DNA of 64,000 nt from an uncultured Ruminococcus sp. (GCA_964621755.1 CAZUPI010000006.1:4024-68023), one strand, 5' to 3'; counted from the first letter of the stretch, positions 19,419-28,635 are shown. The notes: generated from the letters alone by a model not told the origin. Made by a program: numbers and translations.

Positions 19419-19826
19419 ATGGATATAAAATCGCTCGGACGGTGCGGAGAAAATTCCGCCGTGCTGTATCTGGAATCACACGGATATCATATAATAGAGC
19501 GAAACCTCCACATCGGCCGCGCGGAAATCGACATTATTGCGGAAAATGACGACTTTGTCGTATTTGCGGAGGTCAAGACGCGCCGGCAGGTCCCTGGTTT
19601 TTCCGGGCGGTACGGGTCCCCAGCGGAAGCGGTAGACGCGAAGAAACGTGCGTTGCTGATTGGCGCTGCGGACGCGTATCTTGCGGGATGCGGGCATGAC
19701 AAAGCGCCGCGGATTGACGTGATTGAGGTATACGTGGACCCGAAAGCGGACGAATACCGGGTGGTGGACATACGCCACATAGAGAACGCGGTCAGAAAGA
19801 GCGGGAAATTTTCGCGGAAATATTGA
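19419..19826 (+). CDS. yraN: YraN family (UPF0102) endonuclease-like protein
   Basis: GENSAVLYLESHGYHIIERNLHIGRAEIDIIAENDDFVVFAEVKTRR. Start ATG 19419 lies just after the rnhB stop. Confidence 0.85.
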   Translation: MDIKSLGRCGENSAVLYLESHGYHIIERNLHIGRAEIDIIAENDDFVVFAEVKTRRQVPGFSGRYGSPAEAVDAKKRALLIGAADAYLAGCGHDKAPRIDVIEVYVDPKADEYRVVDIRHIENAVRKSGKFSRKY

Positions 19827-19851
19827 CTGCAAAGGAGAAAGGGAGCAGTAT

Positions 19852-20817
19852 ATGAAACTGGTTGACCTTCACTGCGATACAGCGGGCATGATTTTGCGGA
19901 ATCGTGTCCCGTTGGCGAAAAACGAATTGCAAATCTCGCTTGAGAAGGCGGGATATCTTGAAAAATACGTTCAGCTTGCGGCTGTTTTCACGTGGACCGA
20001 ACTGACCGACGAAGAAGGGTGGAGCAAATTCCACGAGATTCGCGAAAACCTTGAGCGGGAGTGCGCGGAAAACGGCATTACGCTGGCAAAGACGGCAAGC
20101 GAGCTTGAAAGCTCTGTAAGTGAGCGCAAGGTCACGTTGATTCTGACGGTAGAGGATGCGCGGATTCTCGACGGCAGAATCGAGCGGGTTCGCGAGCTAT
20201 ATGACTGCGGGGTTCGCGTGATGACGCCATTATGGGGCGGGGAGACCTGCATCGGCGGAGCGCATAACACGGCGTCGGGACTATCGGACTTCGGGAAAGA
20301 AGCGGTCGCGGCGATGTGCGAATGCGGAATTATCCCCGATATTTCTCATGCGTCGTTCCGTTCCGCGGACGACATCATGGACATCTGCGAAAAGTACGGC
20401 GTCTCTCCCGTAGCCACGCACATGAACTCCTACGCGGTCTGTGCGCATTCGCGTAACCTGACCGATGAGCGCTATCTTCGCCTGACCAAGCTCGGCGGTG
20501 TAGCGGGAGTGAGCCTATGCCCGCCGCACCTCACCAGCGGCTCCGCCAGCGCGAGCGACGTCATCCGCCATATGCTGCACTACCGTGCGCTATGCCCGGA
20601 ACACGTCTGCTTAGGCTGCGACCTCGACGGCACGACGCCGCCCCCCGACCTCTCCGACCTCTCCCGCCTCTCCCTCATCCCGAACCTTCTGTCCCGTGAA
20701 GGTTTGTCGCCGGAAGAGGTCAATGCTATCTGTTTTGACACGGCTTATCGGTTTTTAGTGGAGAATTTAGGGAAATCAGGGACTCTATCCCCGCTGAGGA
20801 ACTCGAACCCTTCTTAA
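19852..20817 (+). CDS. Membrane (renal-type, M19) dipeptidase family protein
   Basis: MKLVDLHCDT... start and ...DISHAS... motif, 321 aa. Confidence 0.65.
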   Translation: MKLVDLHCDTAGMILRNRVPLAKNELQISLEKAGYLEKYVQLAAVFTWTELTDEEGWSKFHEIRENLERECAENGITLAKTASELESSVSERKVTLILTVEDARILDGRIERVRELYDCGVRVMTPLWGGETCIGGAHNTASGLSDFGKEAVAAMCECGIIPDISHASFRSADDIMDICEKYGVSPVATHMNSYAVCAHSRNLTDERYLRLTKLGGVAGVSLCPPHLTSGSASASDVIRHMLHYRALCPEHVCLGCDLDGTTPPPDLSDLSRLSLIPNLLSREGLSPEEVNAICFDTAYRFLVENLGKSGTLSPLRNSNPS

Positions 20818-20850
20818 AATCAGCAAAACAAAGCCCATACCCACCCAGTA

Positions 20851-20909
20851 GTATAAAATTTTTGAGGGGGTGGGAGTACTTATTTCCAAAAGTACCCCAA
20901 CGCACCCCC
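20851..20909 (-). repeat. Intergenic repeat family copy E10, antisense to both flanking genes
   Basis: The plus strand reads GTATAAAATTTTTGAGGGGG plus an imperfect hairpin (GGGAGTACTT...AAAGTACCCC). This is the reverse complement of the hairpin-box arrangement. Confidence 0.6.
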
Positions 20910-20944
20910 ATCACAAGAAAATTCGAAAACAAGGATTAAGGAAC

Positions 20945-22462
20945 ATGAACTACAAAAGTACTCGTGACTATAGTGAAAATTTGCATTTGGCGTCGTCGGC
21001 ACAGGCAATCAAGGAAGGACTTGCGCCGGATGGCGGGCTGTATATCCCATGTGAGATTCCTGCGCTTACTGATGAGGATATACAACGCCTTGCGACAATG
21101 CCGTATGAGGAGCGCGCCGCTTATGTGCTGGCGATGTTTCTGGATGATTATGACAAGGGAGAGCTGGCGGAGGATTGTCGGGCGGCGTATGCGCTCGAGA
21201 AGTTCCCGGCGCCGACGGGGGATGCCGCGAAGTATCTGTCCGGTGGAGCCGCTCCCGTTTACGACATGGGCGAGGATGGAGTATATGTGCTTGAGCTGTG
21301 GCATGGACCGACCTCCGCGTTCAAGGATATGGCATTGCAGCTGATGCCGCGTCTTCTTTCGCGCGCACTGAAAATGACAAGTGAACGTCGGGTCGCACAT
21401 ATTCTCGTTGCGACAAGCGGCGACACCGGTAAGGCAGCTCTCGAAGGATATTCCGATGTAGATGGAGTGAAAATCACGGTTTTCTATCCCGCAGACGGAG
21501 TCAGCCGGATGCAGAAGATGCAGATGACCACGACGAAGGGGTCCAATGTGTATGTTGCGGCGGTCAACGGGAATTTTGACGATGCACAGAACGGCGTGAA
21601 GGCAATATTCGGCGACAGTGAGCTTGCGAAAAAAGCGGACGCCAACGGATTCTTCTTCTCGAGCGCGAACTCCATTAACTGGGGCCGTCTTGCACCGCAG
21701 ATTGTTTATTATGTCTCCGCTTATCTTGACCTTGTAAACAGCGGGAAAATAAAACGAGGGGATGCGGTAAACGTCTGCGTCCCGACCGGAAATTTCGGAA
21801 ATATTTTCGCGGCATACCTTGCGCGGGAGATGGGAATTCCGATAAAAAAGCTCATCTGTGCGTCTAACAGCAACAATGTACTTACCGATTTTATAAACAC
21901 TGGGGTATATGACCGGACGCGGGAATTCCATAAGACCATTTCGCCGTCCATGGATATTCTGATTTCCAGCAATCTCGAGCGTCTTCTCGCAGTCTGCGGC
22001 GGTGCAAAGCTGACCGGGGAACTGATGAGCCAGCTGAAAGCTACCGGAAAGTATACCGCCCCCAACGAACTTATAGCGGCAATCCGGGAAAACTTTGCCG
22101 GATACTGCATGAGCGAGGAAGAAACACGTCGCACCATTCGCAATACATTTGAGAAAAACGGCTATCTCATTGACACGCACACTGCGGTCGGAATGGGCTG
22201 CGTGGAAAAATACCGTAAGGACACAGGGGATAGCACGCCGATTCTTCTTGCGTCAACGGCAAGTCCGTACAAATTTGCCGCAGATGTCTGCGGAGCGCTT
22301 GGAATCGCGGCATCCGACGATATTGAAGAGGTCCTGCACTCCCTGTCGACATACACCGGAACGGAGATTCCGCAGCCGCTCATCGCGCCGCTCAGCCTTC
22401 CTGTTCGATTCACCGAAACGATTGCGCCGTCAGAAATGCCCGACCTCGTTTTCAGGGTATAA
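20945..22462 (+). CDS. thrC: Threonine synthase (long form)
   Basis: MNYKSTRDYSE...LAPDGGLYIP, PLP-lysine motif GPTSAFKDMALQ. I chose the start at 20945, downstream of repeat E10. Confidence 0.9.
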   Translation: MNYKSTRDYSENLHLASSAQAIKEGLAPDGGLYIPCEIPALTDEDIQRLATMPYEERAAYVLAMFLDDYDKGELAEDCRAAYALEKFPAPTGDAAKYLSGGAAPVYDMGEDGVYVLELWHGPTSAFKDMALQLMPRLLSRALKMTSERRVAHILVATSGDTGKAALEGYSDVDGVKITVFYPADGVSRMQKMQMTTTKGSNVYVAAVNGNFDDAQNGVKAIFGDSELAKKADANGFFFSSANSINWGRLAPQIVYYVSAYLDLVNSGKIKRGDAVNVCVPTGNFGNIFAAYLAREMGIPIKKLICASNSNNVLTDFINTGVYDRTREFHKTISPSMDILISSNLERLLAVCGGAKLTGELMSQLKATGKYTAPNELIAAIRENFAGYCMSEEETRRTIRNTFEKNGYLIDTHTAVGMGCVEKYRKDTGDSTPILLASTASPYKFAADVCGALGIAASDDIEEVLHSLSTYTGTEIPQPLIAPLSLPVRFTETIAPSEMPDLVFRV

Positions 22463-22463
22463 G

Positions 22464-23189
22464 ATGGCAATTTACACGATAGCCGACCTGCATTTATCGC
22501 ACACGGTAAACAAGCCAATGGATAAATTCGGTCACAGATGGGCCGGATATATGGATAAAATCGGGAAGCGGTGGCGTGCCGTTGTGGAAGACGGCGACGT
22601 GGTCGTAGTGCCCGGTGATATTTCGTGGGCGATGACGCTGGAGGAAGCGCGGGAGGATTTGCAGTTTATCGACCGTTTGCCGGGAAAAAAGCTGCTCGGG
22701 CGGGGAAATCACGACTACTGGTGGACGTCGGTCACGAAAATGAAAGCGTTTCTGACCCAGTGCGGGATTACGACGATAGAATTCCTGCAAAACAACGCGT
22801 ATCTCGCGGAGGGGACTCTGATTGCCGGGTCACGCGGGTGGTATGTGGAGCCGCGGCTCCAGAACACGCCCATGCCGACCGATTACGACAAGATAGTGAA
22901 TCGCGAATGTCAGCGGCTTGTGCTGTCGCTGGATGCGGCCGAGGTGCTGCGAAGGGAGAATCCGGACGCAAAGGCCATGGTTTTCCTCCATTTTCCTCCT
23001 GTATTCGGGGATTTTATCTGCCGCCCGATAGTCGATGTTCTAAAGAAGCGCGGGATTTTGGACTGCTGCTTCGGACACATCCATGGTGTGTACAACGTGA
23101 AACGAGATTTTGAATTCGAAGGAATTCGGATGCACCTCATCTCCGCGGATTTTCTGGATTTTTATCCCGCGGCGGTTCGGTCGTTTTAA
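22464..23189 (+). CDS. Metallophosphoesterase family protein
   Basis: MAIYTIADLHL, PGDISW, GRGNHDYWW motifs. The ATG lies 2 nt after the thrC stop. Confidence 0.8.
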   Translation: MAIYTIADLHLSHTVNKPMDKFGHRWAGYMDKIGKRWRAVVEDGDVVVVPGDISWAMTLEEAREDLQFIDRLPGKKLLGRGNHDYWWTSVTKMKAFLTQCGITTIEFLQNNAYLAEGTLIAGSRGWYVEPRLQNTPMPTDYDKIVNRECQRLVLSLDAAEVLRRENPDAKAMVFLHFPPVFGDFICRPIVDVLKKRGILDCCFGHIHGVYNVKRDFEFEGIRMHLISADFLDFYPAAVRSF

Positions 23190-23227
23190 ATTTCACAAAT
23201 TATTCAAATACTTTTCAGCATTTGTCA

Positions 23228-23256
23228 TTGACAGCGCGATAAAAAAATTGTAAAAT
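23228..23256 (+). promoter_or_regulatory. Putative sigma-A promoter of tig
   Basis: TTGACA, 17 nt, then TAAAAT. Confidence 0.55.
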
Positions 23257-23318
23257 ATAAAAAGCTATGTAAACATTAAAATAACATCGTTATATAAACA
23301 TCAAGGAGAACATGAAAG

Positions 23319-24623
23319 ATGAGCCTGATTTCACAGGAAACAATCGCCACAAACCAGAAGAAAGTTACATTTGGCGTTGACCACGACACATTTGAAGCTG
23401 CCATCAATAAGGTTTTCAAAAAGACATCCAAGAACATCACAATTCCCGGCTTCCGCAAGGGCAAGGCGCCCCGTGCGCTCGTTGAGAAGATGTATGGCAA
23501 GGAAGTCTTCTATGAGGACGCTATCAACGAAGTGATTCCGGATGCATACACCTCCGCTATGGAAGGCAATGAGGACAAAATCGTAAGCCGTCCTGAATTT
23601 GACGTTGTTTCCATCGACGAGAACGGTGTTGTTCTCTCCGCAACTTATTTTGTAAAGCCGGAAGTAGCGATTGCCGACTACCTTGGCATTCCCGCAGAAC
23701 GTCCGGTTGAACATGCTACCGATGAAGAAGTAGAAGAAGAGCTGAAGAGAGTGCAGAACCGTAACTCTCGTATGATCGAGATTACCGACCGTCCGGCACA
23801 GATGGACGATATTACCAATATTGATTTCGAAGGATTTGTTGACGGCGAGGCATTCGAAGGCGGCAAGGCCGCTGGACACGAGCTCAAGCTTGGTTCCGGC
23901 GCGTTCATCCCGGGCTTTGAAGAACAGATCGTCGGCCGGAACATCGGCGATGAGTTTGACGTTGTTGTGACCTTCCCGGAAGACTATCATGCAGAAAATC
24001 TGAAAGGCAAGGAAGCGACCTTTAAGTGCAAACTCAACTCTCTGAAATACAACGAGCTCCCCACCCTTGACGACGAATTCGCAAAGGATGTATCCGAATT
24101 CGATACGCTGGATGAATATAAGGCTGATATCAAGGCAAAAATCGAAGAGAACCACAAGAAGCACGCGGACAGCCATGTAGACGAAGCGCTCATCAACGCG
24201 CTGATTGAAAAGCTACAGGCAGATATTCCGGAGTGCATGTTTGAAAACGAAGTGGAAAACTTGGTGCGCGACTATGACAACCGGCTGCGCATGAACGGTC
24301 TGGACCTTCAGACATATTTCAAGTACACGGGACTTGACCTCGACAAGCTGCGCGCGCAGATGAGACCTGACGCGGAACGTCAGGTAAAGACGCGTCTTGC
24401 GTTGGAAAAGATAGCCGCTCTTGAAAACATCGTAGTATCTGAGGAAGAGACTGAAGAGGAATACAAGCGTCTCGCAGAAATGTACGGTATGGAAATTGAT
24501 AAGATCAAGGAAGCCGTAGAAGCTGACGCAGTAGCCGAGGATGTCAAAGTAAAGAAGGCAATTGACCTCGTTCGTGAGAAGGCGGTCATCACCGAAGTAG
24601 AAGGCAACCACCACGAAGAATAA
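23319..24623 (+). CDS. tig: Trigger factor
   Basis: GFRKGKAPRALVEKMYG ribosome-binding signature, PPIase middle domain, 434 aa, upstream of clpP-clpX. Confidence 0.95.
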   Translation: MSLISQETIATNQKKVTFGVDHDTFEAAINKVFKKTSKNITIPGFRKGKAPRALVEKMYGKEVFYEDAINEVIPDAYTSAMEGNEDKIVSRPEFDVVSIDENGVVLSATYFVKPEVAIADYLGIPAERPVEHATDEEVEEELKRVQNRNSRMIEITDRPAQMDDITNIDFEGFVDGEAFEGGKAAGHELKLGSGAFIPGFEEQIVGRNIGDEFDVVVTFPEDYHAENLKGKEATFKCKLNSLKYNELPTLDDEFAKDVSEFDTLDEYKADIKAKIEENHKKHADSHVDEALINALIEKLQADIPECMFENEVENLVRDYDNRLRMNGLDLQTYFKYTGLDLDKLRAQMRPDAERQVKTRLALEKIAALENIVVSEEETEEEYKRLAEMYGMEIDKIKEAVEADAVAEDVKVKKAIDLVREKAVITEVEGNHHEE

Positions 24624-24638
24624 AAATAAAGTTTTCTC

Positions 24639-24695
24639 GGGGGTGACTTTTTCAGGAAAAGTCACCCCCGAATCCCCCTTCCAAACCTTTTTGGG
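24639..24695 (+). repeat. Intergenic repeat family copy E3
   Basis: GGGGGTGACTTTTTCAGGAAAAGTCACCCCC plus CCCCCTTCCAAACCTTTTTGGG. Confidence 0.7.
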
Positions 24696-24731
24696 TCATA
24701 TATAACATATTTTCATGGAGGTATATTCATT

Positions 24732-25316
24732 ATGGCATTAGTTCCGATGGTAGTACAGCAGACGAACCGCGGCGAGCGGTCTTATGATATTTACTCCCGT
24801 CTGCTCAACGACAGAATTGTATTTCTCGCCGACGAAGTAAACGACGCCACCGCTTCTCTTGTTGTGGCACAGCTTCTGTTCTTGGAAGCGGAGGACCCGG
24901 ACAAGGACGTCAGCCTTTATATAAACAGCCCTGGCGGTTCAGTCACGGCAGGTATGGCGATTTACGATACGATGAACTTTATCAAGTGCGACGTATCAAC
25001 TATTTGCGTCGGCATGGCGGCGTCGATGGGCGCGTTCCTCCTTTCGTCCGGCGCAAAGGGCAAGCGTTTTGCGCTTCCCAACAGCGAGATTATGATTCAC
25101 CAGCCGCTCGGCGGCGCGCAGGGTCAGGCGACCGACATCAAAATCCATGCCGAGCATATCCTTCGCACCCGCGATCGTCTCAACACCATCCTCTCGAAGA
25201 ACACCGGCAAGCCCCTCGAAATTATCGCCGCCGATACCGAACGCGATAACTTCATGACCGCTGACGCCGCGTGTGAGTACGGTCTGATTGATAAGGTAAT
25301 TGAGCACAGACCGTAA
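24732..25316 (+). CDS. clpP: ATP-dependent Clp protease proteolytic subunit
   Basis: [22 protein letters not shown] (catalytic Ser), MIHQPLGG. Confidence 0.97.
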   Translation: MALVPMVVQQTNRGERSYDIYSRLLNDRIVFLADEVNDATASLVVAQLLFLEAEDPDKDVSLYINSPGGSVTAGMAIYDTMNFIKCDVSTICVGMAASMGAFLLSSGAKGKRFALPNSEIMIHQPLGGAQGQATDIKIHAEHILRTRDRLNTILSKNTGKPLEIIAADTERDNFMTADAACEYGLIDKVIEHRP

Positions 25317-25397
25317 TCGTATAAAGTTCTTTGCGCAGCTTTCTTTCAGGAAAGCGCGTCCTTCTCCTTCAATTTTAGAAAGGCTATATTTGATAGA

Positions 25398-26711
25398 ATG
25401 GCTCAGAATACTCGTAATAATGGGCGGATGAAGATTGACCGGTCCTGTGCGTTCTGCGGGCGCAGTGAGGGTCAGGTCGAATTTCTCATCCCGTCTCCCA
25501 CAGGGCTTTATATCTGTGACAAGTGCATCGACGCTTGCAACGATATTATTTTTGACCACTTCTCGGAAGAGACTTCATCGGCAACTCTGGACCGCGAGAA
25601 TCTGCCCGCTCCGGAAGAGATTAAAGCGACTCTTGATGAGTACATCATCGGGCAGGACAAGGCGAAAATCGCGCTTTCCGTTGCGGTTTACAATCACTAC
25701 AAGCGTTTGATTTATCGTGACAACAAGAATAAGCTGAAAAACGCAAAAAAGGCGGGCGCGCGCGACGGTGAAGAAGCTGCCGACGACGTGGACATTCAGA
25801 AGAGCAATGTCCTGCTTATCGGACCGACCGGTGTGGGCAAAACATTCCTCGCACAGACGCTTGCAAAAACGCTGGAAGTTCCGTTTGCAATTGCGGACGC
25901 CACCACGCTCACCGAAGCGGGATATGTTGGAGAAGATGTGGAAAACATTCTGCTCCGGCTCATTCAGGCGGCGGATTATGACATTGAGCTTGCCGAGCGC
26001 GGGATTATTTACATCGACGAGATTGACAAGATTTCCCGCCGGAGTGAGAACCGCTCTATCACCCGCGATGTATCGGGCGAAGGTGTTCAGCAGGCCTTGC
26101 TGAAGATTCTGGAAGGGACGGTTGCGAATGTCCCCCCGCAGGGCGGCAGAAAGCATCCGAATCAGGAATTCATTCAAATCAATACGGAGAATATTCTCTT
26201 TATCTGCGGCGGTGCGTTTGACAATCTGGACCAGATAATCGAACAGCGGAAGGGTCAGTCTTCGATTGGCTTTGGCGGAGACATCAAGAAAAAGGAAGAA
26301 AAGCTGCGAGACGGCATATTTAAGGATGTGACGGCACACGATATTGTGAAGTACGGCATCATTCCCGAGCTTGTGGGACGTCTTCCGGTTATCGTTGGGC
26401 TTGAAAATCTCGACTGCGATGCGCTCGTTCGGATTCTCTCCGAACCGAAAAACAGTCTTGTAAAGCAGTATCGCAAGCTGTTCGAGATGGACAACATTGA
26501 GCTTGCGTTTGACGACGACGCGCTGCGGGCGGTCGCTGAACGTGCAATCGAACGAAACACGGGGGCGCGTGGTCTGCGCTCCATCCTAGAAGAGACCATG
26601 ACAGACATCATGTTTACCCTGCCCTCTCGTAAGGACGTTGCGAAAGTCACAATTACAAAGGATTGTGTAATCCGTCATGCGGAACCAATACTGACGTTAA
26701 AGCAGGAATAA
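25398..26711 (+). CDS. clpX: ATP-dependent Clp protease ATP-binding subunit ClpX
   Basis: N-terminal zinc finger CAFCG...CDKC, Walker [18 protein letters not shown]. Confidence 0.97.
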   Translation: MAQNTRNNGRMKIDRSCAFCGRSEGQVEFLIPSPTGLYICDKCIDACNDIIFDHFSEETSSATLDRENLPAPEEIKATLDEYIIGQDKAKIALSVAVYNHYKRLIYRDNKNKLKNAKKAGARDGEEAADDVDIQKSNVLLIGPTGVGKTFLAQTLAKTLEVPFAIADATTLTEAGYVGEDVENILLRLIQAADYDIELAERGIIYIDEIDKISRRSENRSITRDVSGEGVQQALLKILEGTVANVPPQGGRKHPNQEFIQINTENILFICGGAFDNLDQIIEQRKGQSSIGFGGDIKKKEEKLRDGIFKDVTAHDIVKYGIIPELVGRLPVIVGLENLDCDALVRILSEPKNSLVKQYRKLFEMDNIELAFDDDALRAVAERAIERNTGARGLRSILEETMTDIMFTLPSRKDVAKVTITKDCVIRHAEPILTLKQE

Positions 26712-26739
26712 AACATTTCTAACCGCACATTTTTCATTG

Positions 26740-26795
26740 GGCTAACCGCGGGGGAGTATGGTATGATAAAACGCCATTCTTCCCTGCGGTTAGCC
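26740..26795. other. Long imperfect hairpin (14-bp stem, 28-nt loop) downstream of clpX, with no U-tract
   Basis: GGCTAACCGCGGGG ... CCCTGCGGTTAGCC. An upstream TAACCGCA (26721-26728) could pair alternatively with TGCGGTTA. Confidence 0.5.
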
Positions 26796-26798
26796 TGA

Positions 26799-27356
26799 TT
26801 GATTGCTGCACATTTTCCGCATGGGATCCAAATTGATACTTTACAGGTACGTTTTTTCATGATATACGGTAACGAAAAATGGATTAAAACCACAAATGAA
26901 CTCGACGTTGCCCGACTCGCCAAAAATGTCGCAAAAACGGGATCATCACGGTATTTCATAACCCTCATGCAGGGCCGGAAATATATGCTCGCCCCGAATG
27001 CAGTGTATGATGAAATTGCCGGTACAAAACCCGGAGAAGCATGTGCCATCCGCGATATTCCACTTGAGCTGGGGACGGAGCTCGCAAAGTACGGGATTGA
27101 CCTGTATCTGTATTATACAGGGGACGGTCCGCATATGGATAAGGAAATCGGAGGTCGCTTTGGCTTTACAGAGCCGCGTCAGAACGTCTCCATGGAATTT
27201 GCGCGGCGTTGGGCAGCAGTACTGTGGGAATACAGTACGCGGAAGGTCGGCTGCGCACTGACCATCGACGTGATGCTCTACCCCGATGGCACATTTGACG
27301 CGGCTCAAATGAACGAGCTGGTGAAGCTGTCGGATATGCTGGAACGGGTTGATTAA
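26799..27356 (+). CDS. Hypothetical protein, possibly a glycoside-hydrolase-like remnant
   Basis: The ORF has weak resemblance, by eye only, to the N-terminal part and to the ...PDGT...Q...L-type C-terminal end of fucosidase-like catalytic domains. The middle is missing. No clear RBS. Confidence 0.3.
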   Translation: MIAAHFPHGIQIDTLQVRFFMIYGNEKWIKTTNELDVARLAKNVAKTGSSRYFITLMQGRKYMLAPNAVYDEIAGTKPGEACAIRDIPLELGTELAKYGIDLYLYYTGDGPHMDKEIGGRFGFTEPRQNVSMEFARRWAAVLWEYSTRKVGCALTIDVMLYPDGTFDAAQMNELVKLSDMLERVD

Positions 27357-27453
27357 GCATAGATGATAAATAGATGAAAAATCGATTAAAGATATTGACC
27401 CACGGGAAAATTTGTGGTATAGTAAACTCATCGAAAGAAAAGGAGATAAAACA

Positions 27454-27684
27454 ATGAAAGAGCTTGTTAGGTCCTTTGAAAATCTTCCGCTGATAGTAAA
27501 ACTCATCCTCGCCATTCCTGCACTCGACATTATCTGGGTAATTTACCGTATTATCAAAAGCCTATCGGAACAGAATTTGCTTGGCGTCATCCTTGGCGTT
27601 GTGCTTCTGATTTTCGGCTTCCCCTTTATGTGGCTCATCGATATTGTCTGCATTCTCCTGCGAGGCAACGTTTGGTGGTTCTAA
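27454..27684 (+). CDS. Small two-TM membrane protein
   Basis: RBS AAAGGAGATAAAACA then ATG at 27454. 76 aa with two hydrophobic helices. Confidence 0.5.
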   Translation: MKELVRSFENLPLIVKLILAIPALDIIWVIYRIIKSLSEQNLLGVILGVVLLIFGFPFMWLIDIVCILLRGNVWWF

Positions 27685-27720
27685 TTTTCTGAAAAAATTC
27701 AATTTTAATGAAAATACCCC

Positions 27721-27749
27721 TTGACAAAACCATCTGCCGGTGGTATAAT
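27721..27749 (+). promoter_or_regulatory. Perfect-consensus sigma-A promoter of tRNA-Leu copy 1
   Basis: TTGACA, 17 nt, then TATAAT, about 38 nt upstream of the mature tRNA 5' end. Confidence 0.75.
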
Positions 27750-27787
27750 AGTTGACGTTGACGGAAGAACGTCGGCAAGTACAACAT

Positions 27788-27869
27788 GCGGAAGTGGCGG
27801 AACTGGCAGACGCGCACGTTTGAGGGGCGTGTGGTTTACACCGTACGGGTTCAAGTCCCGTTTTCCGCA
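27788..27869 (+). tRNA. tRNA-Leu (anticodon GAG), class II with long variable arm
   Basis: Manual cloverleaf. Acceptor GCGGAAG/TTTCCGC, anticodon stem CACGT/GCGTG with loop TTGAGGG, T-arm ACGGG-TTCAAGT-CCCGT, discriminator A. No encoded CCA. Confidence 0.85.
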
Positions 27870-27870
27870 T

Positions 27871-27900
27871 AAAGCAGGCTCGTTTGAGTCTGCTTTTTTA
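27871..27900 (+). terminator. Intrinsic terminator after tRNA-Leu copy 1
   Basis: AAAGCAGGCTC-GTTT-GAGTCTGCTTT followed by TTTTA. Confidence 0.7.
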
Positions 27901-27937
27901 TTTCATTTGACTCAAATTCGCAAAAAATGAGGTTAAT

Positions 27938-28405
27938 ATGAGAAGACGTGACCGAGAAATTACGGATATTGATGGGATAATCGAGATAATTGACGAATGC
28001 AAAGTGATGCGGCTGGCTATGATTCACGACGGAAAGCCCTACGTCGTGCCCCTGAATTTCGGATATTCTTACGCAAATGGGAAGTTTGAATTTTTCTTCC
28101 ATTGTGCGAAGGCCGGGCAAAAGCTCGACTGTATTGAAAAATCGCCGGAGGTGTGCTTTGAAATGGACTGCGGTCACGAACTGGTGACGGCAGACTGCGC
28201 CTGCGAATACGGATACCGGTACAGGAGTGTCATCGGCGAGGGACATGCGGAGCTTGTAACCGATGAGGAGGAGAAAAAGAGATATTTGAGTGGTCTGATG
28301 CGGCATCAGACCGGACGTGAGTTTTCGTTCACCAATAAGGAAGCGGAGGCTGTGGCGGTGTGCAGAATCACGGTCGACAAAATCACAGCAAAGGCAAAAG
28401 CGTGA
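27938..28405 (+). CDS. Pyridoxamine 5'-phosphate oxidase family protein (Pyridox_ox_2 / Nim-like fold)
   Basis: MRRRDREITD...LAMIHDGKPYVVPLNFGY...FFFHCAKAGQKLD pattern, typical of the Nim/PNPOx_2 family. 155 aa. Confidence 0.7.
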   Translation: MRRRDREITDIDGIIEIIDECKVMRLAMIHDGKPYVVPLNFGYSYANGKFEFFFHCAKAGQKLDCIEKSPEVCFEMDCGHELVTADCACEYGYRYRSVIGEGHAELVTDEEEKKRYLSGLMRHQTGREFSFTNKEAEAVAVCRITVDKITAKAKA

Positions 28406-28455
28406 TATATCCCGTAGAACGGGCAAAAAAAATCAACTTTTTTTCAAAATTGGGA

Positions 28456-28484
28456 TTGACAAAACCGCCTGCCGGTGGTATAAT
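28456..28484 (+). promoter_or_regulatory. Perfect-consensus sigma-A promoter of tRNA-Leu copy 2
   Basis: TTGACA, 17 nt, then TATAAT. The spacer differs from copy 1 at 2 positions. Confidence 0.75.
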
Positions 28485-28521
28485 ATTCGACGTTGACGGA
28501 AGACCGTCGGCAAGTTGACAT

Positions 28522-28603
28522 GCGGAAGTGGCGGAACTGGCAGACGCGCACGTTTGAGGGGCGTGTGGTTTACACCGTACGGGTTCAAGTCCCGTTTTCC
28601 GCA
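28522..28603 (+). tRNA. tRNA-Leu (anticodon GAG), identical to copy 1
   Basis: 82/82 identity with 27788..27869 by direct comparison. Confidence 0.85.
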
Positions 28604-28605
28604 TA

Positions 28606-28635
28606 AAGCAGACTCGTTTGAGTCTGCTTTTCTTT
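28606..28635 (+). terminator. Intrinsic terminator after tRNA-Leu copy 2
   Basis: AAAGCAGACTC-GTTT-GAGTCTGCTTT followed by TCTTTTTC. Confidence 0.7.

Noticed and set aside
20936-22180. 414-aa ORF on the minus strand, antisense to thrC. Similar long antisense ORFs lie at 37060-38304, 44401-46056, 17726-18649, 4137-4988, 23331-24176 and 56135-56953.
   Set aside because: Each lies opposite a gene whose product has unambiguous conserved motifs. Their translations are R/H/C/G-rich with no recognisable domains, and they lack RBS context. These are typical shadow ORFs of GC-rich coding DNA.
27788-27869. Alternative reading of the tRNA anticodon as UGA (tRNA-Ser).
   Set aside because: Shifting the loop by one nt breaks the 5-bp anticodon stem (an A-C clash). 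The CACGT/GCGTG stem places U33 and G37 correctly and gives GAG (Leu). Discriminator A also fits Leu.
27562-27870. ORFs 27562-27870 and 28383-28640 (minus strand) sharing the N-terminus MRKTGLEPVRCKPHAPQTCASASSATSA.
   Set aside because: The shared peptide is just the antisense translation of the two identical tRNA-Leu genes.
27690-28635. Integrative element or genomic island inserted at a tRNA gene.
   Set aside because: There is no integrase, excisionase or other mobile-element gene. The duplication covers the whole promoter-tRNA-terminator unit rather than a 3' tRNA fragment, and the insert is a single 468-bp gene.
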